Source: a bacterium | GTDB lineage: Bacteria > Hinthialibacterota > Hinthialibacteria > Hinthialibacterales > Hinthialibacteraceae | Length of the DNA stretch: 22,826 bases | Assembly (NCBI GenBank): GCA_041946805.1 | Contig: JBHGBC010000095.1 | Span: forward strand, 1-22,826 | Direction: 5' to 3' | In this document: one piece after another, positions 1 through 7,888 of the stretch | Layout: each line of letters opens with the position of its first letter | How positions within the stretch are numbered: position 1 is the first letter of the stretch | Translations under genes and position numbers: made by a program | The notes under the pieces: generated by a model | Told to the model about the DNA's origin: nothing | Seen by the model: the letters and a program-made list of their open reading frames with translations, nothing else | Database searches by the model: none

Positions 1-1
1 C

Positions 2-1291
2 CCGAAGCTCCGCGTGACCCTCATCCGCGCCCCCCGGCATGAGATCGAGAAGGCCTTCAACCGCCTGGCGCAGAACCAGCGGGAAATCCTTTTCGGCCTG
101 GAGATCGAGCGCATCGTGGATATGCTCCATTCCCAGGCGGATGACCCGGTGGTGGTGGAACGCTTCCTGCGGGCCATGATTCCCGCCGTGCGCGCCATCT
201 ATCCCTTTGTCCGGGCCTGCGCATACCGGTACGTGGCGGACGAGAATCACTTCGTTCGCTACGAAAACGGTGACTCCCCGGAGAAAGACGGGTGTCCCTC
301 CCCGGCCTCCGAGGCTTCCTGGCCGGGCGGAGAAGATCCCCTCCAGGTGGGAGACGGCGGCGCCTGCGCCATCCGGCTGGAATCCGGTGAACAACGGATT
401 GGGGGAATTCAATGCTGGCCCGCGGAGGAAAACCGCTTTTCCCACGAGGATCTTTGGCACATGTGCCAGGAAATCAAGAAACAGGCGGAGAACGGCCTGG
501 CCCGCGCCTTTACCCGCAGCCGCGCGCTCACCCAGGAACGGAACCGGTTTGGCATCAATCTGGCCACCAACATGGGCCATGACCTGACCAACATTATCGC
601 GTCCGGAAAATGGGATCTGGACACCATCCGCCGCGCGCACCGTTTGGGAATCGTCTCCATGGATCCCGCCAAGGGAACCATCTACCTCCAGGCCGTGGAA
701 GGTCTGGAAAACAACCTGCATTTTCTCCAGGAAATGGTGGATATCTACCGTTCGTTCGGTTACACCCGCCGCCCCCGCTATGAACGGGTCGACCTCATGG
801 CCCTGATCCAGGAATTGGCGGATTTGTTTCAACTCTCCAGTTCCCAGCGCATCTCCATCCAGGTGGTTGCTGGCGGGCCGTTGGAAACCGCCGCCGAACC
901 CCGCCTGCTGCGGATGGCGTTGTTCAACTTGTTGGCCAATGCCGCCCAGGCGATCCGGAATGACGCGGATTTCCGGAAACAGGGAATCGTCCAGATCCAG
1001 ACGCGCATGACCGTGGAGGGCAAAGTCATCATTTCCATCCAGGATAACGGGCCGGGAATCCGTGATCCGGAAGGCCGCCTGCTGCCCGATTCCGAAATCG
1101 GCCGCATCTTCCAGTCCGGGTATTCCACCAAAGATCAGAGCAGCGGCGGCGGGCTGGGCTTGTCCTGGGTCAAATCCATCATCGAGGATTTCCACGACGG
1201 TTCGATCCAAGCCGTCAACCGGCCGGAAGGGGGAGCTTGTTTTACCCTGACTTTTCCGGCTGTGGCCGTCCACCCGCCCGCGGAGATGTGA
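2..1291 (+). CDS. Sensor histidine kinase (GAF-like region, HisKA, HATPase_c), 5'-truncated by the window edge
   Basis: The frame is open from base 2. H-box NMGHDLTNII, N-box ALFNLLANAAQAI, G1 IQDNGPGI, F-box IFQSGYSTK, G2 GGGLGLSWVKSII. The GAF-like call for the N-terminal part is tentative. Confidence 0.92.
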   Translation, partial: PKLRVTLIRAPRHEIEKAFNRLAQNQREILFGLEIERIVDMLHSQADDPVVVERFLRAMIPAVRAIYPFVRACAYRYVADENHFVRYENGDSPEKDGCPSPASEASWPGGEDPLQVGDGGACAIRLESGEQRIGGIQCWPAEENRFSHEDLWHMCQEIKKQAENGLARAFTRSRALTQERNRFGINLATNMGHDLTNIIASGKWDLDTIRRAHRLGIVSMDPAKGTIYLQAVEGLENNLHFLQEMVDIYRSFGYTRRPRYERVDLMALIQELADLFQLSSSQRISIQVVAGGPLETAAEPRLLRMALFNLLANAAQAIRNDADFRKQGIVQIQTRMTVEGKVIISIQDNGPGIRDPEGRLLPDSEIGRIFQSGYSTKDQSSGGGLGLSWVKSIIEDFHDGSIQAVNRPEGGACFTLTFPAVAVHPPAEM

Positions 1292-1353
1292 TCGATCGAT
1301 TCTTTTTATATTATGAAAAATTCACGCCTGCTCCTTACTTCATGCCATTGAAG

Positions 1354-1362
1354 TGGTATGAT
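1354..1362 (+). promoter_or_regulatory. Putative extended -10 promoter element (TGnTATGAT) for pilin-like gene 1
   Basis: TGGTATGAT in an AT-rich intergenic region 80 nt upstream of the ATG at 1443. Shine-Dalgarno (SD) GGGAGG at 1435-1440. Confidence 0.4.
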
Positions 1363-1442
1363 GAATCGTTGAAAACCACCTAAATTCATTCCATTGAATT
1401 ATTTATATTTAATTTGCTTCCGTAAAAAAATATCGGGAGGAG

Positions 1443-2126
1443 ATGGTTTTGTTCAAAAAATCCGGCTTCACCTTGATTGAATTGCTCATCGTGGTCGCCA
1501 TCATCGGCATCCTGGCCGCCATTGCCGTGCCCAATTTTCTGAACGCCCAGGTCCGGGCCAAAACCGCCCGCTCGTACGCGGATATGCGCAATACCATCAC
1601 CGCCATCGAACAACTGCGCATGGACCGGGGAGTGTTGCTGGTGGATTTCTGGGATGATGACTCGGATTGGGGCCGTGACCGGATCCAGAACGTTTTCAAC
1701 GGCGTGGGCAATGAACCGGAAGCGACCCGCCGTCAAATTCACGTTCTTTCCCCTCTGACCAGCCCCGTCTCTTACATGTCGTCCCTCCCGCGGGATCCCT
1801 TTGCCCCGGCCAACGCGGAAAGCTCGTCGGGCGGCAATTCCGAACGTTTCGGACTGACGGGGAACGACATTTATTATTACGCGGACAACGATCCCGCCAA
1901 TCCGGGTGGAGATTATGGTGATACACGCTACGATCCGCCCCTTGGGGAAGGGGATTATATCCTTTATGCCTTCGGTCCCGCCGCGAAGGTCATGTACGGC
2001 GGCTCCAACGGCATCCGGTACGGCATTCCCTACGATACCTCGAACGGCACGGTCAGCATCGGAGACATCATGATGCGGTCGGGCGGCGGACCGGTCCGGC
2101 AAAACCTCCTGGGAGGACGCAGCTAG
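1443..2126 (+). CDS. Type IV pilin-like / prepilin N-terminal cleavage-methylation domain protein, copy 1
   Basis: Class III signal peptide KKSG|FTLIELLIVVAIIGILAAIAVPNF (G-1, F+1, E+5). Motifs LTSPVSYMSSLPRDPF and YDTSNGTVSIGDI. SD present. Confidence 0.93.
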   Translation: MVLFKKSGFTLIELLIVVAIIGILAAIAVPNFLNAQVRAKTARSYADMRNTITAIEQLRMDRGVLLVDFWDDDSDWGRDRIQNVFNGVGNEPEATRRQIHVLSPLTSPVSYMSSLPRDPFAPANAESSSGGNSERFGLTGNDIYYYADNDPANPGGDYGDTRYDPPLGEGDYILYAFGPAAKVMYGGSNGIRYGIPYDTSNGTVSIGDIMMRSGGGPVRQNLLGGRS

Positions 2127-2165
2127 GCCTTCCATCCGCTCCGTGTTTACTGAATCGTACCAGCC

Positions 2166-2194
2166 GGGAGCGTGCAACCACGCTCCCTTTTTTT
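2166..2194 (+). terminator. Rho-independent terminator after pilin-like gene 1
   Basis: Perfect 9-bp stem GGGAGCGTG (2166-2174) / CACGCTCCC (2179-2187), 4-nt loop, then T7. Confidence 0.9.
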
Positions 2195-2360
2195 ATCTCT
2201 CCTTGTGGCCCCGTGATCATCCTGTAATCTCCTATCTTGCCCATCATGCAACTTATTACACATCAATTCCCTGAATAGGGCCGGAGCGATTACACTTCCG
2301 GTAGGGAATGGAGAAGGATGGGGGAAGGGGCAATCAGGATCCGGGAAAGGATAAAATCAG

Positions 2361-3035
2361 ATGAACAAGACCGCCTTTACCCTGATCGAACTGCTCGTCG
2401 TCGTGGCGATCATCGGAATCCTGGCTTCCATCGCGGTTCCCAATTTTCTAAACGCCCAGGTCCGCGCCAAGACCGCCCGCTGCTACGCCGATATGCGGAC
2501 CACCTCGACCGCCATTGAACAGATGCGTCTTGATAAAGGTGTCCTCCTCGTCGATTTCTGGGATGATGACCTGGATTGGGGAAGGCAACGGATACGGGAG
2601 GTTTTCCATGGGATCGGAGACGCGCCGGAAGCCACCCGCCGGCAGATCGACGTGCTGGCGCCCCTGACCAGCCCCATCGCTTACCTCTCCTCGATTCCCA
2701 AGGACCCGTTCGCTCCGAAAATCATGCAAGCCCAATCCGGCGGCCAATCGGAACGGTTTGGACTGCTGGGCAACGATGTCTATTACTATGCGGACAATGA
2801 TCCCGCCTACAATGGGCCGGATTATGGTTCCACCTTATACGATCCACCCCTGCGCGAGGGCGATTATGTCCTCTACGCGTTCGGTCCGGCGGCGGAGACC
2901 ATGTACGGCGGCGCCACCGGGGTGCGCTACGGCATACCGTATGATCCGTCCAATGGCACCGTCAGCATCGGTGATATTATGATGCGTTCGGGGGGCGGAC
3001 CGGTGCGTTCGAATTCTCTGGGCGGCCGGTCATGA
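2361..3035 (+). CDS. Type IV pilin-like protein, copy 2
   Basis: MNKTA|FTLIELLVVVAIIGILASIAVPNF. Gap-free paralogue of copy 1 (47 differences in 219 mature residues by manual count). GGAAAGGA upstream. Confidence 0.93.
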   Translation: MNKTAFTLIELLVVVAIIGILASIAVPNFLNAQVRAKTARCYADMRTTSTAIEQMRLDKGVLLVDFWDDDLDWGRQRIREVFHGIGDAPEATRRQIDVLAPLTSPIAYLSSIPKDPFAPKIMQAQSGGQSERFGLLGNDVYYYADNDPAYNGPDYGSTLYDPPLREGDYVLYAFGPAAETMYGGATGVRYGIPYDPSNGTVSIGDIMMRSGGGPVRSNSLGGRS

Positions 3036-3091
3036 AGCGGGAAAGTATTTGTCACAGCGATGGGAAACCTGTTTTTTATTTAATCGAATCA

Positions 3092-3100
3092 TGATATGAT
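3092..3100 (+). promoter_or_regulatory. Putative extended -10 element (TGnTATGAT) for pilin-like gene 3
   Basis: TGATATGAT in the AT-rich spacer, the same motif as at 1354 and 4078. Confidence 0.35.
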
Positions 3101-3264
3101 GTAGAGATGTTCTTAGAATTCATTGGCTTCCGGGAAAGCGTCGAAGGGGGTGGGTAGTCATTACAATTTTTTACATGATAAATCCGTTGGAAGGATGGAA
3201 TTCTGAATCGGTCTTGCGGTAGAATCATTCAGTTCAAACCCATCGGTGGGGAGGAGGTTCTTTC

Positions 3265-3942
3265 ATGAGGAGGAAATCGGGTTTCACCTTGATTGAATTG
3301 TTGATTGTGGTTGCAATCATTGGCATCCTGGCCGCGATCGCCGTCCCTAACTTTTTGAACGCCCAAATCCGGGCCAAGGTTTCCCGGTCCTATGCGGATA
3401 TGCGCTCCACGGTTACGGCCATCGAGCAACTGCGGCTGGACAGGGGAGTATTGCTGGTCGATTTTTGGGATGACGACACGGAATGGGGCCGTAAGCGGAT
3501 TCGCGAGATTTTCAACGGCGTGGGAAACCGGGATGAATCTTCCCGCCGGCAACTCGATGAGTTGGCTCCCCTTACCAGCCCGGTGGCTTATATGTCGTCC
3601 GTGCCGGTGGATCCCTTTGTCCCCAAAAGCCAGCAAGCGGTTTCCGGCGGCCATTCGGAGCGGTTTGGCATTCAAGGGAACGAGGCGTATTACTACGCGG
3701 ACAATGATCCGGAAGGGCCCGGCGCCGACTACGGCGGTACGATGTATGACCCGCCCATGAAGGAAGGCGATTATATTCTCTACGCCTTCGGACCCGCGGC
3801 CGAGTTTATGTATGGCGGTTCCAACGGAATCCGGTATGGGATTCCGTACGATGTGTCCAATGGAACGGTGAGCATCGGCGATATCATGATGCGTTCCGGC
3901 GGCGGGATTGTGAAAGACAACCGCAAGGGCGGGCGCAGCTGA
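3265..3942 (+). CDS. Type IV pilin-like protein, copy 3
   Basis: MRRKSG|FTLIELLIVVAIIGILAAIAVPNF. Strong SD GGAGGAGG. Same 219-aa mature length and GGRS C-terminus as copies 1 and 2. Confidence 0.93.
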   Translation: MRRKSGFTLIELLIVVAIIGILAAIAVPNFLNAQIRAKVSRSYADMRSTVTAIEQLRLDRGVLLVDFWDDDTEWGRKRIREIFNGVGNRDESSRRQLDELAPLTSPVAYMSSVPVDPFVPKSQQAVSGGHSERFGIQGNEAYYYADNDPEGPGADYGGTMYDPPMKEGDYILYAFGPAAEFMYGGSNGIRYGIPYDVSNGTVSIGDIMMRSGGGIVKDNRKGGRS

Positions 3943-4030
3943 GTCAAGAGGGCGGAAGCGGACGGGGACCATGAATCCGTAGAGGATTCGAGATATCCAC
4001 TGTTCCTATCGAGAGGCCAGGATTTCCCAA

Positions 4031-4057
4031 AGAGCGCTTAAGGGCGCTCTTTTTTTT
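4031..4057 (+). terminator. Rho-independent terminator after pilin-like gene 3
   Basis: Stem AGAGCGC / GCGCTCT (4031-4050) followed by a T-run to 4057. Confidence 0.85.
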
Positions 4058-4365
4058 GAGACAGGACTCTTTTTTTTTGATATGATGGTGTATCGGCAAG
4101 CCGGGGCCGGGGGTAATGACGGGCGTCATGCCGTAAGCGTGATTTTTGAATATGACCCTAGTCTGCTTCGTCCGTTATACAATTGAGTTCTATAATGGAA
4201 TGGAGCGTGATCGAGGAAAAAGCCGAATCGCCGGACCAAGATCATCCATAAAAAGTACTAGCAAATATGGTCTTACAGTGCTATGCTTAGCATGGTTTCT
4301 AGATTCATGCTGGAATTCTGGAGGAGGTTGAAAGCGAATAAAAATCAAGGTTAATTAAAAAAATA

Positions 4366-4393
4366 TTGCAAAAAATTGGAATTGTGATAAAGT
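4366..4393 (+). promoter_or_regulatory. Putative sigma70-type promoter for the CDS at 4509
   Basis: TTGCAA (4366-4371), 16-nt spacer ending in TGn, TAAAGT (4388-4393). An A/T-rich UP-like tract lies upstream. Confidence 0.5.
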
Positions 4394-4508
4394 TTTTTTG
4401 TTTTTTTATGACTATTCTGGATAGAAGGTTGTGAATTGGATCAGAGATGTCCTCTTGGGTACGAGGGAGCGTGGCGGTCTTACCCTAAGAAAAACGGAGG
4501 TTAACGCT

Positions 4509-5144
4509 ATGCGAACGATCTCTTGTTTTCTCTTCAGCATAGCCGTCATTTCGTTAGGGTTGGTGTCACTCCCGGTATCCGCTCAAACCGAGTATATCAC
4601 GAAAGAGATGCTGAACCTGGAAACCATCCGGCAGGAAGAGCATATGCCGGAGAACAGCCAGTTGAGCCTTCTCTATATCTTTCTGGCGGTTCGCGCTCAT
4701 CCCGGGGAAAATTTCACCATCTATTATACCCGCATTGATTTGGATCTTGACAACGACGGGAAAACGGTGCTGGACGAACCGAATGACTTGGCCGAATACC
4801 AAAAATCCGAAGTGAGCTTTCAAAAAGACATCAACATCCCCGGCGTGGAAAGGATCTGCTATATCACGGCCTTGCCCCATTTTTCCGATCTATATCCCAA
4901 GGAGCGGGATCCCTTCAAAGAGAACAATATCGTGGAGGTATCAGCCCGCGCCGTGAACGGCGACGCCAACCGCCTGGTGGGCGCCGCCACTTTTCCCATG
5001 ATCAACGCTTATGGCGTTACCGACGGGATCGAACGCTACACAGTGTTTTACAACAAATCTTCCGAAAACGGGGCCAATGGCGCGGTGGTTTTCGTCTCGT
5101 CCTACGGAATCATTCTCATGGGCATCAAGGAACCGTCTAAATAA
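4509..5144 (+). CDS. Secreted hypothetical protein (211 aa) with a DxDxDG-like motif
   Basis: Start moved from 4431 to ATG 4509 because of SD GGAGG at 4496-4500 and a Sec signal peptide MRTISCFLFSIAVISLGLVSLPVSA|Q. Contains DLDNDG. No family recognised. Confidence 0.8.
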   Translation: MRTISCFLFSIAVISLGLVSLPVSAQTEYITKEMLNLETIRQEEHMPENSQLSLLYIFLAVRAHPGENFTIYYTRIDLDLDNDGKTVLDEPNDLAEYQKSEVSFQKDINIPGVERICYITALPHFSDLYPKERDPFKENNIVEVSARAVNGDANRLVGAATFPMINAYGVTDGIERYTVFYNKSSENGANGAVVFVSSYGIILMGIKEPSK

Positions 5145-5415
5145 GATTCATCCGGGAAATGCGTACACCTGAAACAATTTGTCCCGGATTGAAATTCTGG
5201 GCTGCTCATTAGCCCTCCCCGGAAGAAAACTCTATACACCGATGAGCAAAAGAATTTGCGCAAAATAATAAGTGGAGAGGGAAACAAAGCGAAAAGGTTT
5301 TCCTCCCCCCGGATCTCTTCCCGAGGGGGAAGGAATGGGGATGGTTCTCCCTGGTTTGTTCGATTGGATACAGATCCCAACGCTTGGGAAAAGCACGCAC
5401 TTGCCGGATGAGCCC
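5144..5415. mobile_element. MITE-like element, copy 1 (272 bp)
   Basis: Left end AGATTCATCCGGGAAATGCGTAC (5144-5166) and right end GCACGCACTTGCCGGATGAGCCC (5393-5415) match 17/23 as inverted repeats. TA flanks both sides. A degenerate family-A hairpin sits inside at about 5302-5333. Confidence 0.6.
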
Positions 5416-5511
5416 TACCTGACAGATGTCCCGCGATTTCAATCCCGTCCGCTCCACCCCGCCCCGGTTGTATGGTAGCATGCCTCTATTCCAATCCTGG
5501 GAGGTTGACTC

Positions 5512-7320
5512 ATGCGACGCATCGGATTTACGGCATTCGGTTTGCTCTTATTACTCCCCTCCGCGGGTTTCACGCAGCTGGATACTCTGCTGGGGAACCT
5601 GGCGGTTCCCCCCGCCTTCGAGTCCCACCGGATATCCAGCTTCGACCGGACGGGCGGCAACGACGACCGCCTCTCCATCGAACCGGGCGAAACCAAGGTC
5701 CTGGCTGAGATTCAGGGCCCTGGCGCGATCACCCACCTTTGGAACACCATCGACGCCGAAAGTTATTATCCTCGCTTGCTGATCTTGCGCTTTTATTGGG
5801 ACGGCCAGGATATCCCGTCCGTCGAAGTGCCCCTGGGGGATTTCTTTGGAGTCGGACATGGTCTGAACCGGCCGTTCCAAAGTTTCCCCGTGGATATCTC
5901 GTCCGATGGGCGCGCCCGCAATTGTTACTGGTACATGCCCTTCCAGAAATCGGCGAAAATCACGGTAACCCATGAAGGATTTCAGACCGTGCGGGCGTTT
6001 TATTACTATGTCGATTATCAGACTTTCCCTTCCAGGCCGGAGCCGCGGGATCTGCTTTATTTCCATGCCCAATACCGCCAAGCCACGCCCAATCCATCCT
6101 TGAACCTGGGTGGTAAAAATCCGGACGGCCGGGTGAATTATGTCCTTCTGGAAACGGAAGGCCGGGGAAAATATGTGGGAACCGTCCTCAGCGCCCAATT
6201 CAACGCCGACGGCTGGTTCGGCGAAGGTGACGATATGTTCTTCGTGGACGGCGCCGAAACCCCCACCATGACCGGGACCGGCACCGAGGATTATTTCAAC
6301 GATGCCTGGGGATTCCGTGAATTTTGTCACCCGTTTCACGGCGTCACGCTCTGGGAAGGATATAAAGCCGGCGACCGCTGCACGGCCTATAAGTGGCATT
6401 TGGCCGATCCCGTGGCCTTCTCGAAATCGCTGAAGGCCACGATCGAGCACGGCCACGCCAACGACCGTCAGGATGACTATTACACCGTGGCCTATTGGTA
6501 CCAAACCTTGCCCAGTCCCAAACCGCCCCTCATGGCCGGCGCCATCGACCGGCTGCCCGACGAGGGACAACTGCTGGCCAAGAGCCTGTTTCTGAACAAG
6601 GAAATCGCCATCCGCTGGGATCAGGGGCAGCAGAAGGATGCGCTCGCCCGGATCGATGAATTCATCGAGCAGAACAAAAACGCGGATCAATACGGCTATT
6701 ATTCCCTCCGCAAGGGGCTGTTACACAAGGAGATGGGGCAGCTGGACGAAGCCCGGACCGAACTGGCGGAAGCCCTCAAGCGCAGTGAACCCTCCGATCC
6801 CAAAGCAGTGGAACGGGACGCGCCGACGATCCATTGGCTGACGGAACGGGAAAGCGCCGTCATGCAAGGGAAAAAAGCGGCGCATATTTACGTGGCTGGT
6901 TCCGGAACGCATGAAATCTTTGTGGATGGGAAATCAGCCGGCGCGGGCAGCGGCTGGCAGACCATCCGGGATTACTCCGTGGAACTCTCCCGGGGCAACC
7001 ATGTCATCGCCGTCTCCTTGAAGTACGAAGGCCAACCCGTCGGCCTGATGGTCAAGATCAGCCATCGCGGCGGCTTCGTCACCACCGATTCGACCTGGAA
7101 AATCTCCACCCAATCGGCCAAAAACTGGAATTCGGAGCGTTTCGACGACAAATCGTGGGCTTCAGCGGCCGAGGTGGGAAAAATAGGCGAATCGCCATGG
7201 GTTTCCTTCCGCGATCCGTTTCTCTTTCTGGCGCCTTTCCTGCAAACGAAGTTCATCTGGAGTTCCGAGACAGTAAAAGAGGATCAGACGGTCTATTTCA
7301 GGAAAGAATTTCGCATTTGA
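5512..7320 (+). CDS. Secreted DUF2961 / glycoside hydrolase family 172 protein with a TPR-like linker and a C-terminal beta-sandwich domain
   Basis: Signal peptide. DUF2961 hallmarks SSFDRTGGNDD, GPGAITHLW, PSVEVPLGDFFG, NCYWYMPF, WFGEGDD...GTGTEDYF, TIEHGHAN, VAYWYQ. SD GGGAGG. Confidence 0.9.
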   Translation: MRRIGFTAFGLLLLLPSAGFTQLDTLLGNLAVPPAFESHRISSFDRTGGNDDRLSIEPGETKVLAEIQGPGAITHLWNTIDAESYYPRLLILRFYWDGQDIPSVEVPLGDFFGVGHGLNRPFQSFPVDISSDGRARNCYWYMPFQKSAKITVTHEGFQTVRAFYYYVDYQTFPSRPEPRDLLYFHAQYRQATPNPSLNLGGKNPDGRVNYVLLETEGRGKYVGTVLSAQFNADGWFGEGDDMFFVDGAETPTMTGTGTEDYFNDAWGFREFCHPFHGVTLWEGYKAGDRCTAYKWHLADPVAFSKSLKATIEHGHANDRQDDYYTVAYWYQTLPSPKPPLMAGAIDRLPDEGQLLAKSLFLNKEIAIRWDQGQQKDALARIDEFIEQNKNADQYGYYSLRKGLLHKEMGQLDEARTELAEALKRSEPSDPKAVERDAPTIHWLTERESAVMQGKKAAHIYVAGSGTHEIFVDGKSAGAGSGWQTIRDYSVELSRGNHVIAVSLKYEGQPVGLMVKISHRGGFVTTDSTWKISTQSAKNWNSERFDDKSWASAAEVGKIGESPWVSFRDPFLFLAPFLQTKFIWSSETVKEDQTVYFRKEFRI

Positions 7321-7700
7321 TGACGCATTCTATAACCGGATTCGTTGAATCATTGTATCCTGTTTGAGCATTTTTTCACGATGATTCCTCGAGGCGGCGA
7401 CTTCCTACAAGGCGCCATTTCGGCCTTATTTCCCGGGAAAGGCTCCCGGATCATTCCCTTCAGCGAATGGGGTGGCGGCCACAAGGTTTCCGGAACCGGG
7501 CGCGCCCGCGCAGGCTGTCTCCCGTACCCCGCCATGCCAATCCCGCATGATATGAACCTGACTAGATTCAGTTGAGTTTTCGCAATACATGCTTCATCGG
7601 AATTCCGTATTGTGATACAAGCGCCAACGGCACGCAAAAGACGCGCAAAAAAACTGACCCGGGGCAACGCCCGGGGAAAAGGACGATAAAAGGAATAATT

Positions 7701-7729
7701 CCCTCTCTCTGAGAGAGGAGCAGTGAGGG
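7701..7729. repeat. Degenerate REP-like hairpin, family A
   Basis: CCCTCTCTCTGAGAGAGGAGCAGTGAGGG resembles CCCTCTCCCnnnGGGAGAGGGCCAGGGTGAGGG. Confidence 0.45.
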
Positions 7730-7888
7730 TAGTTCGGAAAGGGTGTCATACCGAACAGGCATGCGACCGGAATGGGAGTTACATCTACTTGTTTTATATC
7801 AACTTGGAACAACTCAACCGAACCATGGGAACTTGCCGGTGATGTTGCTCACCGCCCGGTCTTGTTGGCGTGAGGGTGACGAATTTTC

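Noticed and set aside
3204..3217. Sigma54-like TGAATCGGTCTTGC upstream of pilin-like gene 3
   Set aside because: The invariant -24 GG is absent.
1443..3942. Pilin antigenic-variation cassettes, shufflon or diversity-generating retroelement
   Set aside because: All copies are full-length with their own SD. No recombinase or reverse transcriptase is present. Differences are spread over synonymous sites and are not adenine-specific.
3943..4057. SAM-I riboswitch-like start (TCAAGAG...GGAC...ATGAA) ahead of a terminator, with hairpin GAATCC/GGATTC at 3973-3989
   Set aside because: It lacks the GCAACC and GGTGCnAA core and a P1 helix, and it begins at the stop codon of the pilin gene. It is more simply a 3' UTR plus terminator.
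4146..4331. 61-aa ORF in the AT-rich spacer
   Set aside because: TTG start with no SD and atypical codon usage. Probably non-coding.
7630..7700. c-di-GMP-I riboswitch-like words (GGCAAC, GAAA, GGACG, CGCAAAA)
   Set aside because: Order and pairing do not fit the aptamer, and the site lies between convergent gene ends.
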